Of a DNA stretch of 64,000 nucleotides, positions 13,342 to 26,820 are shown one piece after another. The position numbers were made by a program, and so were the translations under genes. The notes under the pieces are model-generated. The model saw nothing but the letters and a program-made list of their open reading frames with translations. It did no database searches and was not told the DNA's origin. Every line of letters starts with the position of its first letter. The first letter of the stretch is position 1. This DNA is from Mobula hypostoma (Eukaryota), in contig NC_086109.1 of NCBI RefSeq assembly GCF_963921235.1, positions 13,208,001 through 13,272,000 of the forward strand. Reading direction: 5' to 3'.

Positions 13342-13655
13342 TTTTTTTATAGGCATCCATTAATCTCGTGAGACCATGGATTTGTGCCTTGGAAGGATTC
13401 CAGGGTGCAGGCCTGGACAGGGTTGTATGGAAGACCGGCAGTTGCCCATGCTGCAAGTCTCCCCTCTCCATGACATCGATGTTGTCCAAGGGAAGAGCAT
13501 TAGGACCCATATAGCTTGGCAGCAGTGTCATCGCAGAGCAATGTGTAGTTAAGTGCCTTGCTCAAGGACACAACATGTTGCCTCAGCTGAGGCTCAAACT
13601 AGCAACCTTCAGATCACTAGATTGACGCCTTATCCACTTGGCCATGTGCCAACAC
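13342..13655 (-). mobile_element. tRNA-derived SINE, family 1
   Basis: Minus-strand head tggccaagtggataaggcg..., core gtgtccttgagcaaggcacttaa, poly-A end; second copy at 17690-18005. Confidence 0.8.
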
Positions 13656-13806
13656 CTGTACTGTACTCACTGGAGATTAGAAGAATGAGGGGGGATTTCA
13701 CTGAAACCTACCGAATATTGAAAGGACATAGAGAGGATTTTTCCTGCAGTGGTTGAGTCTGGGACCAGAGGGCACAGTCCCAGAGTACAAGGACATCCCT
13801 TTGGAA

Positions 13807-13888
13807 CAGGGGGTTCACAACCTGGGATCCACAGACCCCTCAGTTAATGGTAGGGGTCTATGGCATAAAAAAAGCTTGAAAACCACTG
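13807..13888. mobile_element. 82-bp hAT-type MITE
   Basis: CAG(G)...CTG termini with imperfect TIRs and an exact 8-bp TSD CTTTGGAA. Confidence 0.85.
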
Positions 13889-14966
13889 CTTTGGAACATA
13901 GATGAGAAGGACTTCCTTTAGCCAGAGGGCAGTGAATTGTGGAATTAATTTCCACAGACAACTGTGGAGGCGAGGTCATTGGGTATATTTAAGCTGGAGG
14001 TTGATAAGTTCTTGATTAGTAAGGGTGTCAAAGGTGGCAGGGAGAAGGCAGGAGAATGGGTTGAGAGGAGTAATAAATCAACCATGATGGAATTGTGGAC
14101 CAGGCTGAATGGGCCAAATGGCTTAATTCTGCTCCTATGTCTTATGGTCTTAATAGTACTTGTCCTATTCTCTGTACTTTGTACTCCTACATCACTTCTC
14201 TTTCACACGTGCCCATCAATTCCCTGTTGAGTCCCTTTGCCTTTGACCAACACTAAGTAGTAATTCCAATAGTCAATTTACCTACCAACTCCTCTTTGGG
14301 ATGTGGGGGGAGACTAAACCACACAACATAAACCCACGTAGTTAGGGAGAGAATGTGCAAACTCTACACAGGTTTGGGTGAAAGTTGGATCCTTGGAGCT
14401 ACCAGCCATCCCTCTCCTGTTTAACTGTAGAAAATCAAAAATCCATCAGTTTCATAGTTTGGAATTTACAGTATTATCTCAAAACTATATTGACTATATC
14501 AGTTCTCCTGTCTCTGTCTCACTTGGTACAACTCTCCAAATTATGCCATCTATTTTTGGATAAAATCAGTCTAGATATTATTTTCATTTGAGAAAAATTG
14601 TACCTTGTGTGTACTCTCTGTCTCATCAAGGTATTTCTGGGTCCCATTCCCAATGTCCCTCCTTCTGCTTTTGTGTGGAATTCATGTCTCAATTTCTGGA
14701 TGATTTTTATCTCAGTTAACAAGATGTCTCTTTCTGTCTCAGCAAAATGCATGTCTGTCTTGCAGATTCTTCATCCCAATGACTCAACAAAATGTCTGTC
14801 AGTCTCAACAAGGTCTATACAATTCACTTAAACTTAAAGGGACCTGGATGAATGAAATATGAAGGGTATTGTACAGACCTGAGTAACAAACAAGTTCCAT
14901 TTTTATAGAGTACTTAACTCAAATTTGTCCAGAATTTGGAATATACACAAAAATCACCTGATATGA

Positions 14967-15016
14967 CAGGAGTTACCACTTGGGGTCCACGGCATAAAAA
15001 ATGCTGAGAACCCATG
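14967..15016. mobile_element. 50-bp internally deleted hAT-type MITE
   Basis: Same internal motif ggggtc.a.ggcataaaaaa; exact 8-bp TSD TGATATGA. Confidence 0.75.
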
Positions 15017-15922
15017 TGATATGATCACCATATCTCTACAATAGTGTAATGAATGACATCAAAAGTATATGAAAGTTAAGAAACACAGATAAAAAAGAAC
15101 AATTATTAAAAGAAGAGAAAGAAAGGAAACTAGTCCTGCTGTTCATGGGATGTATTTATGTATACTAGATCTATGAATTTAATATTATGAGAGTTCATTC
15201 ACATGTAGAGGTGTTCATATGTTGGACGTTCTTAACTCAGAAACGGCCGGAAGAGAGTTCAAAAACTCACAGGAAACAATTTAAAGAAAATAATAACAGA
15301 ATTAGAGAAGATGATGAAATGTTTTCCACTGAGGTGATAAGCATCTGAAAGAGTCATGGAGGGAGAAATCCTCAGCACAGAACTGGAAACTTTGTGATCT
15401 TCAAGGTGTAGACCTAATGCTAGAAAGTTGGGTTACACTGGGTCACTCTTTTTCTGATTGTAATAGATGTGATGGACTGAAAGCCCTCCAGTCAAGTAAG
15501 CTTTCTATGATTCTATTCTTTTTTTTTTGGCATGTGCCTGCGTGCATGCAAGTCTGTACATGTGCATCTGCTTGCGCGTATGTGCGTATGCGTGCGTGTG
15601 TCCGTAATGATGTCTTTTTCATGGCTGTTACAAGGTGCGGAGCGACAGAGAGAGACTGTGTGGCGTGCAACTCCTCACACGGACATTTTCGCAGTATTTT
15701 TCCCTTTTTTTATTTTACGAGGTCGAGTTGCGATCTTGACACTCAACCCGGCACGGATGGAAAGCATACTCGGGAGTGGACCCGACTGGTTTCGAACCCA
15801 GGAACTCCTGGGTCTTGCACCGATATCAATGAGTCTATTCTTGTGCAGTAATTGAATCATGTAGCACAAAGTCATTAAGTCAATGTACATCAAGTACTCA
15901 TTTTAATTTTGAACATCCAGAT

Positions 15923-15994
15923 TCCCTGCTGGTCTTGTGGTTAGGATTTGGTGCTCTCACTCCCGTGGCCCGGGTTCGATTCCCAATCAGGGAA
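15923..15994 (+). pseudogene. tRNA-Glu(CTC) pseudogene
   Basis: 72 nt colinear with vertebrate tRNA-Glu-CTC, with about 9 substitutions that disrupt the anticodon and T stems; B box intact; no oligo-T terminator follows. Confidence 0.85.
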
Positions 15995-16902
15995 GAGTGT
16001 TGGGGGGTACCACAATGGTATATCGGTTAGTGCATTGGAGTTTGGAGTTCAATTCTAACATAGTCATAGTCATAGTCATAGTCATACTTTACTGATCCCG
16101 GGGGAAATTAGTTTTCGTTGCAGTTGCACCAACCAAGAATAGGGTATAAATATAGCAATAACATTCTCTGTGAAAAAGTTTGTAGGTTCTTCCTGTGTGT
16201 GCATGGGTTTCTCCTGGTGGTCCAGTTTCCTCCCATACCCTACAGATGTAAAGATTAGTAGGTTAGTTGGACTTCTGTAACTTGTCTTGTGATTAAGCTG
16301 GGGTTAAATCAGTGAGTTGCTGGGCAATGCGGCTCAGTGGGTTGGAAGCACCTGTTTTGCACTGTACCTCTAAATTCCCAGCACTTGTTCTCTAGCCCTT
16401 TAAAGTATGCTTCAGCGATCCAAGTGATTATTTAAATATCAGAGTGACTGTCTCCATCACTCACTCGGGCAATGTGCTCCAGATGGCAACCAGCCTCTGG
16501 CTGAAAAGTCATTCTCACTCCAATCCCCTCTCCAACTCCTAACACTCACTTTAAAGACTTTTCCCACTGGCTTTCTCTAACTCTGCAATGGGGAAAGATT
16601 GCTTCCTATTTACCCTGCCCGCATCGCTCATAATTCTGTTTTACTTCTAAAACATGCTTCTGTCATTTTGCTTCACTCTGTGTCAACAAGGTAACTCAGT
16701 CTCAAACATAAAATACTGCTCAAGCTGGAAATCTAAATTAAAAATGGAAAACTTTGGAAACATTCTGCAAGTCACCTGCATCTGTGCTCAGTGAAACAAA
16801 GGCCAATGGCTCAGATTGTTAATCTTTCAAGGATGCCTCATGTTCAAGGTCTCTACAACTCATGTTCTCAGTATTCACTTTCAAGGACTCTATAACTCAT
16901 GT

Positions 16903-17300
16903 TAGACCATAAGATGTAGCAGATGATTTAGGCCATTTGGTCCATCAAGTCTGCACCACCATTCCATCATGACAGATTTACTATCCCTCTGAAGCCCATT
17001 CTCCTGCCTTCTCCTCATAAGCTTACTAATCAAGAACCTATCAATCTCCACTTTAAATATACCTAATTACTTGGCCTCCACAGCCATTTGTGGTAATGAA
17101 TTCCACATCCTCACTATCCTGTCTAGAGAAATTCCTCCTCATCGTTGTTCTAAAGTTGTCCCTCTATTCATAGCCTGTGCCCTCTAGTCCTAGGATCCCC
17201 AATTATAGGAAACATCCTTTCCACATCCACACTATCTAGGCCTTTCAGTATTCAATAGGCTCAATGAGATACCCCTTCATTCTTCTAAACTCCGGTGGGT
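16903..17300 (-). mobile_element. CR1 3' fragment
   Basis: Reverse complement of the CR1 3' end seen at 13700-14150 and 19750-20120. Confidence 0.75.
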
Positions 17301-17689
17301 AGCATGTTCACAATGTTCACTTTCAAGTACTCTACAACTTATGTTTTCAGTGTTATTTATGTATACATTATATTTTCTATTTGCACAACTTTTTTGCACA
17401 TTGGTTGTTTGTCACTCTGTGTTTATGTATAGTTTTTCCAAACATTCTATTATATTTCTTTCTTTTCCTGTAAATATCCTGTGGAAATGAATGTCAGGGT
17501 TGTATATGGTGACATGTACGTACTTTGATGATAAATTTGACTTTAAAGTTGGCTCAACAAAGTTATTCTCCCTATTCCCTCCAGCAACAATGGGGATGCA
17601 TGAACATGTCAAGTTGTTGCTCCTTATGGGATACATTCACTGGAATACAGTTACTCCTCATAATTATATTGGTAGAAGTAAGAAAAAAA

Positions 17690-18005
17690 GGCATCCGTTA
17701 GTCTTGCGAGACCATGGATCTGTGCCTGGAAAGTCTTCACTCTCCGGGGCGTGGGACTGGGCAAGGTTGTATTGAAGATACCCAAAGTTGCCCATGCTGC
17801 AAGTCTCCCCTCTCCACGACACCAATGTTGTCCAAGGGAAGAGTATTAGGACCCATACAGCTTGGCACCAGTGTCGTCGCAGAGCAATGTGTGATTAAGC
17901 GCCTTGCTCAAGGACACAACATATGTTGCCTTGGCTGGGGCTCGAACTCGTGACCTTCAGGTCGATAGTCCAATGCCCTAACCGTTTGCCCATGTGCCCA
18001 CACTG
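17690..18005 (-). mobile_element. tRNA-derived SINE, family 1
   Basis: Colinear with 13342-13655. Confidence 0.8.
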
Positions 18006-18211
18006 GGAGTAAGAAGGGCATACATTAAATATGAGAGGGGGAAAGTTCACAGGAGCTGTACTGGGCAAGTTTTTTTTCTTTTACACATGAAGTGGTGGGT
18101 GCACAGAACGCACTGCTGGTGGAGATAGATATGATAGAGGTGTTTCTGGATTACAGAATTGGTGGCTTTGTGGCCAGGTTTGCAGACGATACCAAGATAG
18201 GTGGAGGGGCA

Positions 18212-19084
18212 TCCCTCCCCACTGATCTCCCTCCTGGCACTTACCAGGCGGTAAGCGGAACAAGGGTTACACATGCCCTTACACTTCCTCCCTCACCACC
18301 ATTCAGGGCCCCAGACAGTCCTTCCAGGTGAGGCGACTCTTCACCTGTGATTCAGCTGGGGTGATATACTGTGTCCGGTGCTCCCGGTGCGGCCTTCTAT
18401 ATATTGGCGAGACCCGACACAGACTGGGAGATCATTTCGCTGAACACCTACGCTCTGTCCACCAGAGAAAGCAGGATCTCCCAGTGGCCACACATTTTAA
18501 TTCCACGTCCCATTCCCATTCTGATATGTCTATCCATGGCCTCCTCTACTGTAAAGATGAAGCCACACTCAGGTTGGAGGAACAACACCTTATATTCTGT
18601 CTGGGTAGCCGCCAACCTGATGGCATGAACATTGACTTCTCAAACTTCTGCTAATGCCCCACCTCCCCCTCGTACCTCATCCGTTATTTATTTATATACA
18701 CACATCCTTTTTCTCTCTCTCCTTTTTCTCCCTCTGTCCCTCTCACTATATCCTCTGACAATCCTCTGGGTTTTCCCCCCCTCCCCCTTTTCTTTCTCCC
18801 CGGGCCTCCTGTCCCATGATCCTCTCATATCCCTTTTGCCAATCAACTGTCCAACTCTTGGCTCCATCCCTCCCCCTCCTGTCTTCTCCTATCATTTTGG
18901 ATCCCCCCCTCCCCCTCCCACTTTCAAATCTCTTACTAGCTCTTCTTTCAGTTAGTCCTGACGAAGGGTCTCGGCCCGAAACGTCGACTGTACCTCTTCC
19001 TAGAGATGCTGCCTGGCCCGCTGCGTTCACCAGCAACTTTTATGTGTGTTGCTTGAAATTCCAGCATCTGCAGAATTCCTCATG
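18212..19084 (+). mobile_element. Penelope-like retroelement 3' fragment with GIY-YIG endonuclease
   Basis: ORF 18328-18654 FTCDSAGVIYCVRCSRCGLLYIGETRHRLGDHFAEH (GIY-YIG with CCHH); pyrimidine-rich UTR; exact 14-bp TSD TAGGTGGAGGGGCA at 18198-18211 and 19085-19098. Confidence 0.92.
18954..18989 (+). ncRNA. Minimal type I hammerhead ribozyme motif in Penelope terminal repeat
   Basis: agtc-CTGACGA-a-ggg-tctcgg-ccc-GAAA-cg-TC-gact: stem I agtc/gact, stem II ggg/ccc, conserved core. Confidence 0.75.
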
Positions 19085-19134
19085 TAGGTGGAGGGGCAGG
19101 CAGTTTTGGGGAAGTAAGGAGGTTACAGAGTACA

Positions 19135-20125
19135 GGATAGATAAAGAAGAATCGGTGAATGTCGGGTATTTGGATTTTTAGATTTTTGTGTTGATGGAAT
19201 GATTTGGATGATGGAATTGATGGATTTGTGGCCATGTTTGCAGATGATACAAAGATAGGCGGAGGGGCAGATGGTGTTGAGGAAGCATAGAGGACTTAGG
19301 ATAGGAGAATGGGCAAAGAAGTGACAGATGGAATACAGTGTCAGGAAGTGGTCATGCACTTTGGTAGAAGAAATAAAAGCATAGGCTATTTTCAAAATGA
19401 AGTGAAAATTCAAAACTCTGAAGTGCAAAGGGATTTGGGAGTCTTTGTGCAGGATTCCCTAAAGGTTAATTTGTAGGTTGAGTAGGCGGTGAAGAAGGCA
19501 AATGCAATGTTAGCATTCATTTCTAGAGGACTAGAGTATAAAAACAAGGATGTAATGTTGAGGGTTTATAAAGAACTGGTGTGGTTTTACTTGGAGTGTT
19601 GTGAGCAGTTTTGAGCCCCTTATCCAAGAAAGGGTGTGCTGACCTTGGAGAAGGTTCAAAGGAATCAAAAATGATTCTGGGATTGAAAGGCTTGTCATAT
19701 GGGGAGTGTTTGATGACTCTGGGCCTCTACTCACTGAAATTCAGAAGAATGAGGGGAGACCACAATGAAACCTATCAAATATTGAAAGGCCTCGTTAGAG
19801 TGGATGTGGAGAGGATGTTTCTGTTGATAGAGGATTCTAAACCCGGAGGACACTGCCTCAGAATAGAAGAGAATCCTCTTAGAATGGAGATAAGGAGGAA
19901 TTTCTTTAGCCAGATAAATCTGTGGAATTTGTTGCCATGGGCCGCCGTGAAGGCCAAATCATTGGGTATATTTAAGGCAGATTCTTGATTAGTCAGGTCA
20001 TGAAGGGATACAGGAAGAAGGCAGGAAACTAGGGCTGAGAGGGAAAATGGATCAGCCCTGATGATGATGAAACAGACCTGATGGGCCAAATTGTCTAATT
20101 CTGCTCCTATATCGTATGATCTTAT
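19135..20125 (+). mobile_element. Degenerate CR1 RT and 3' end
   Basis: FADDTKIG, LGLYSLKFRRMRGD and RRNFFSQ motifs with stops and frameshifts. Confidence 0.88.
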
Positions 20126-23100
20126 GTACACACAGAAAGGATTAGGTGTCACCTTAATTAGTTCAGTACAACAGTTTTATGTTCGACATTGATGGAAGCT
20201 GATAAAATTGAAATGGGGGAGAAAAGTTCAGGACAATTGATTAGAAAGAGAAACCGAGTAACTTAAACTGTCAAACTAAAAGAGAGGGGAAAACAGACAG
20301 CTGGACAGCGGGTAGAATGAGAATAATGATACAAAGGTCTGAAGAATTTTCGAGACAAGATTCATCTTTAAGACAATGTTAATAAACCTGTTTCTAATAC
20401 TGGCATCACAAAATGCAATCATATAATTTATTAAAGCTAAAGCACAGACTTCTTGAAGCCAGTTCGGATCTAATAAATCTTAGCTCATGATATGTGCAAT
20501 TGAGAAAAGCTTTTTAAATTATGGCATCAGTATCCGAGAGCGTTTACCTTAAAACAAAATCAGTTGCTCAGACGGAAAACAAAGCTGGTAAACCCCACAT
20601 TCCTTCAGAATGAATTTCAGAATGACTCCTGCTTCCAAAATTGAGTCTCAGACAATTACCTTTCCTTTGATACAATAAGCCATCATATTAGCTGTCCTAA
20701 GCAGCCACTGACTAATCATTAGGGAGAAATGTAATCCTCTGGTAAAACCTGCACACCTGGATTGCAGGTAATGTTTCTCTCCTGCACAATGCGTCATTTA
20801 CCTACTGCCTTCTTAAGGCACTGGTTCAAGCAGGAAGTCCCGCTGAAATATTTGGTGTCCCTTTACATCTTTTGAAGGAACAGCTTCAGCATTGGTCACT
20901 GTGGCAATTTTCTTTTGTATTTCAGTTACGTTTATTAATCTCTAGTGTACATCAGACAAATAAAACCCACATCCTGTGCCCATGGGTACAATGTCTGTGC
21001 GGAGGAATGATTAGTTTGACTTGGGGAGCTTAAAGAGGGTTGGGGAAGTGGGCACACAAAATAAATGTACAAAACAACAGCACATTAAACTAAAGGTGCG
21101 GCTTGGGTTCCGTCCAAAGACAAAGGCTCAAACCAATGAGTGAAGACAGAATTACTTATTAACTAAACACAGACATTCTCTGCAGATGCTGGAAATTCAG
21201 AGTAACACATACAAAATGCTCGAGGAACTCAGCAGGTCAGGCAGCAAATATGAAAAGAATAAACAGTCAACATTTCAGGCCGAGACCTTCATCAGGACTA
21301 GTTATTATCTAGCTTGGGCACACAGCAGTCACTGTGGATCATAGCTTGAGTCCCAAAGTAGAATAGCACAGAAAAGGCTCTTTGGCCCATCAAATTCATA
21401 CTGACCATTGCACCCAACCATTACAAACTAAAATCTCTAAGTTATTCATTGTAGTGGTAAGGGGGTTCTCATGAATAAAAGTAAAGCTTAAATTACACAG
21501 AAATGTCTATTCATACGAGCTGTCTTCGCCAGTGCTGATTTTTCACAGAACCTTGCTTCATTCTATGCTGACAGCACACCCCTCTATTCTTTTCCATATC
21601 ATCTCATCTACCTCAATTCCAGTTAAGTGTATTCATCCTATTTCACTCAGTTACTATGGTAGGAGGTTCTGAATCTAATCCTCTCTGCAAAAAGGAGAAA
21701 CATTGCTGGGTACCTCCCTATGCATGGGAATAATATTGGGTGTCAATAGGTCGACCTTCTGATGGTCAAATTAGAGTCAAAGTCAAGTGTGCTGACATAT
21801 AGCATACACAAGTACATTTATGCATAGTACAGTGACAAACTGACTTGCAACAGCATCACAGGTATATAACATCATATAAGTAACACTCACAAGAAAAAGA
21901 ATATAAATTATTAACAAATTTTTGTAAGAAAGAACAGAATTAGAAGAAAAAAACAGTCAATTTTGGAGCACAGTTGTCATAGTCTTGCGAAACTGGAGTG
22001 ATTAGTCAGAGCAAGAGCTCAACAGTCTTCCCTCTTGGATGGTGAAAAGAAATCTCAGGGGGTGGAAAGATGGATTGTATGTGCAGTCGTTTCCAGCACT
22101 GCTAATGACTGCCTGTCCTCAGCTTAAGAATGTCCACCTTATGGACACCACACATACAAACAAGCTCCCATAATACTGTTAATTCAAAATGTATGTGCAT
22201 ATGCTTGCTCCTATGAACTTCAGATCTAGTCTCTCCCCCCCCCCCATTTTAATACTTATTTTTTCTTATCAGTATAATGTACTTGTGATATCATTTGTAA
22301 CAATACCGTGGAGGTATGATTACCATAAAGATTATTTTTGTGCAGGTTCTGACTTTTGGACATATTTGACTTTGGACATCTGTGAGAACAGAACACAATC
22401 ATTCCCTGTATATTTTCTTGGATTGTTGTACACAATTGAAGGTGGTTTAACTTTGTGGGTCTTTGATAAAAATTGGATTGAAGTTGCACAGATACATTTC
22501 AGTGGAATCTATGGTATCATCGGTGTGCTTGGGACTTGGTTAGTATGATTTTTATTATTTCGAGAAAAAGCACAGTAACAATCCCCACCGGCCCAACGAG
22601 CCCCCGCCACCTGATTACACCCATGTGACCGATTGACCTACTAATCTGTGCATCTTTGAATGTGGGAAGAAACTGAAGCACCAGGAGGAGACCCTGTTCT
22701 TACAGTGTCCTTACAGACAGCAGTAGGAATAGAACATGCTAAGTTAAGTGCCATAGAGAAAGGCAAGGACTGACCCCAGCTATTTTGGTATTAAAGATAA
22801 AGAAGCTAACTGTGCATACTGCCAATAACAGAACGTTGAGATGTTTCTGCACATGCAGCAAAGCATGAATGATGACCTAGAGCATTTTCAGATTGCATTG
22901 TTTGCAACCTTGTGCATTGCAGTCATTAGAACTGATGGAACTTTGGGTACTTATAAACCCATATTTCAAGGTTTAAGAGAGTTTGGATAGGTACATAGAT
23001 GGCAGGGTATGGAGAACTATGGTGCCGATGCAGGACAATGGAACTAGACAGTTTATATGGTTCGACACAGACTTGATGGGCCAAAGGCCCTGTTTCTGTG

Positions 23101-25740
23101 TTGTGCTTTTCTATTATTCTATGTCTCACAATATTTAGAAATTATGTGATCTTGTCACATTTTTCATATATTTGCTTATGGCACAGAAGGCCATTTGGCC
23201 CAACACTTTTGCTGATGGTCAGAGTCAGTTTCATTCCTCCACTTACTCTCTGCAACCAATTCACTCTCTCATACTGGTCATCTCTCTCCTGTTTCTCCGA
23301 CCACATATTTGATCTGTAGCAGACAATTAACCAGTTAATATGCATGACTTTGGACTGCGGGAGGAATCCAGAGAATGGATGGGAATACCATGCAGTCGTA
23401 GAAGAAGGTGCAAACTCCACAGAGACAGCAACTGAGGTCAAATTCAAATGTAGGTCACTGAAGCTATGCAGGAGTACTACACACTGCTGCACCACACCAT
23501 TCAACTTCGTTCATAAGGTCCAAGTAATTTTTAAGTGAGGTACTCAACCAAAACTTTATTTAGCAGGCTCTCTGGTCAGGTAAGCTAATGTTATTCATTG
23601 TAACATACACTAAATGCTGGAGGAACTCACCAGGTCAGGCAGCATCTATAGAGAGGAATAAAGAGCCGTTGTTTGTGCCAACTTCCAACATCTGTAGAAT
23701 CTCTTGTGCTATTTATTGTATGTTCTTTGTTACGTGTAATCATAAAACTCTTTGTTACATCTACTCATTCAGTTGAAGTTTATGGAGAAAATAAATGAAA
23801 TAATTTCAACTGCCTTCTTTGTTTTTTACTAAAGGATTATGTATCATTCAGAGTTTCTACTTCAGTCCTCTGTGTAGGCACAAGACCTTGAACTCTGCTA
23901 AACTGTTAACCAAGTATTACTTTCTGGTTTCCTGATTCAACAGTTGTTGGGTGCCAGGAAAACCCCTTCAATTAACACTTGTCAGCCATTGAGGTCAGAG
24001 AAGGGAAGTTCTCACCGCAGAGGGTGATAGATCTTTGCGGTAAGTTCTCAGTCAGTTTATCTGTCAGCGCATTGCCTAATCACTGACCTGAATTCGGGGC
24101 AACTTATGCAACCTCAAAACATCAACCAGGTTAGATATTCAACCTTCAATGCAGATTGATAATGGAAATTTGTGAAGCGCTCTGTTTAGTTCTGAAACTT
24201 TAATTATCTGGATGCATTTGTAATTTAGAACAGAGATGAGGAGTAATTTCTTTAGCTAGAGGGTGATGAATCTGTTTAACTCATTGCCACAGGGCCATAT
24301 CATTGGGCATATTTAAAACCGAGATTGATAGCTTCTTCATTAGCAAGGATGTCAAAGGTTACAAGGAGAAGGCAGGAGAATTGGGTTGAAAGGGATAGTA
24401 ACTCAGCTGTGACGGTATGGTGAAGCAGATTCGATCGGCTGAATGGCCTGTTCTGCTGTTATGTCTTATGATTTTATGGTCAAAAACTGATTCTGTTTTG
24501 CTGGATATCCTACCTCTTCGTGTAACATCTAAATTCAAGACAGCAGATTTTTGGAGTTTGGCAGTAGTATATTTTTAAAGCATTAATTTTCTTTTACAAT
24601 GTTATCCTATCCCATACAAACTGATACAGCAACAGGATTATACAAGAGATTTTTTTTGCAGGGAAACCAGTATAATTGTCTCAGATCTAATGCCTTTTGG
24701 CGAAGTATTGAATGCATTCCAATTCCATTAAAGCAGCTAATACAATCCATTATATCTCATATTTCTTATTGGCTATCATATATCTAATCCTTACAGGCAT
24801 ATTAATTTAGATAAAGTACTGTCTCTTCAATAAAGTCTTACAGAAATCTTGGTACGGAATCCTGAAAAAACAAATTGGAATTTTAAAGCTGTAGATGATT
24901 TTAGTTAGTTGTCTTTGCAAATCTACGTACATGACCATCCATTTTAGAAACTGACGATGTCTTCCAAAGGGATCACAGCAAAACTCTGTAATCGGGCTGT
25001 TTGGGAGTTGTAGTGGGTCCACATCTGACTGATAGGGTGATGTTTTCCATGCTCTCCTGAAACTCAGAGAGATTTTACTTCCCGTATTTCTCTGTGATAC
25101 AGCGAGATTCTAGTGCCATCCATTAAACCCATGGTGGAATGTCTAAAAATAGTCAATAAAAAATGTGCTATTGGAGTAACACCCAAAAGTTTGGAAAATC
25201 TGCCAGTGCGCTTGACCAAAGTCTCCACCATGGCAGATTTTTGGCATTTAAAAGTAGTAAATTTTTAAAGCGTTATTTTTATTCTATAACTGCATGCCAG
25301 CAGTGTTGATTATTCTAAATATCCCAGTGTTCAATTCAAAGAAATATAGAAAATATAAAAGTATCCATCATCAGAACCTCCCCCCCGCCGACACCCAGGA
25401 CAGGATCCCTTCTCACTGCTGCCATCCGGGAGAAGATACAGGAGCTTCATGAGTCACTCCACCAGGTTCAGGAACATTTATCACCCCCCAAGCATCAGGC
25501 TCTTGAACCGGAGGGGATAACTTCACCTAAAACTTTTCCCACAACCTGTGGACTCACTTTCAAGGACTCATCATCTCATGTTCCCGACATTTATCGCTTA
25601 TTTATTTATTATTATTTTTTAATTTCTTTTTGTATTTGCACAGTTCGTTGTCATGTGCACACTGGCTGTCCGCCCTGTTGGTGCGGTCTTTCATTGATTC
25701 TATTACGGTTATTGGATTTATTGAGTATGCACCCATGAAT

Positions 25741-26724
25741 ACTCTGCGCATGCACATGCGCCAGTTGTGCATGCAGCCTGTTACAGCCGTTCCGACCAGC
25801 ATTCTTACTTTTTTCTTCTTACTTTTTTAACTTACGTTATTTTTTGTATATTTTTTTTCACGGTAACATGTTGAAGCTGCACCGTCTTTAACATGCTGGT
25901 GGAGAGAGTTTTATTTGGGTTTTTAGCGCTGGAAATAGTTACAGTCGGACACGTCTCATTAGCGGGGCAGCAGTATGGTCACATTGTTTATTCCAGGGAC
26001 CAGCTGATTGCGCTTATGCCGGCCGGTTTAGTGAGCAGAGCAGCAGACACCCCTGCTGAAATCTGGAGGAAAACACACAGAGGATGCAGAGGAGGATCAC
26101 AAAGGCAAAGAAAGAGGACCGGGTGGAGACAACAGAGACTTATGGAGAAGAGGAGTTCGGTGGGTAATAAAATGGACGAGCTCACGGCGCTAGCCAGGTG
26201 TCAGAGAACATTTCGGGAGTGCAGTGTTATGTGTTTTACTGGAACGGGGCTACACGAGGACATACCCGATCAAAACTTTTCCATGGATGGCTTCCAGACC
26301 GTTCAGGCTGACTGGAAGTGCACTGAGAGTGGTAAGCGTAAAGGAGTTGGGGGCTTGCTGTTCTGGTTAACAACGGATGATGCAACCCGGGTTAGATTAC
26401 GATCGAGGAACGTGTTTGTAGACCGGATATTGAACTTTTTGCTGTTGGACTCCGGCCATATTCCACCGAGATACAACACTGGGCGTCACGGGAGGTCGTT
26501 CCTGCCTGTGGCCATCAAACTTTGCAGCTCCTCCTGTGGAAGGTCATACACCCTGAACCAATAGACTGGTCCTGGACTTATTTCCATCTGGCATAGTTTG
26601 CATTTTGTTGTTTGATTGTTTGTGGTTTTTGTATTGTTATATTTATGCTCTATTCTTGGTTGGTGCGGCTGTAACGAAACCCAATTTCCCTCGGGTTCAA
26701 TAAAGTATATCTATCTATCTATCT
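25741..26724 (+). mobile_element. Internally deleted Rex1/Babar-type LINE (5' end joined to 3' end)
   Basis: APE-like N-terminus (NKMDEL..., RECSVMCFT..LHEDIPD...GFQTVQAD) joined to the C-terminus IPPRYNTGRHGRSFLPVAIKL, as at 61205-61579; (TATC)n tail. Confidence 0.75.
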
Positions 26725-26820
26725 GAAAATGAATCTCAGGGTTGTATATGGTGACATATATGTACTTTGATTATATATCAATTCGCTTTCAAGAATTCTT
26801 CATCTCATGTTCTCGATATT

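Larger units (their letters stand above)
13255..14155 (+). mobile_element. CR1 3' fragment interrupted by a SINE and a MITE
   Basis: LYSLEIRRMRGDF.ETYRILKG motif resumes after the SINE; CR1 3' UTR near 14100-14150. Confidence 0.8.

Noticed and set aside
25893..26564. 223-aa ORF as a host gene
   Set aside because: Chimera of Rex1/Babar endonuclease and C-terminal remnants
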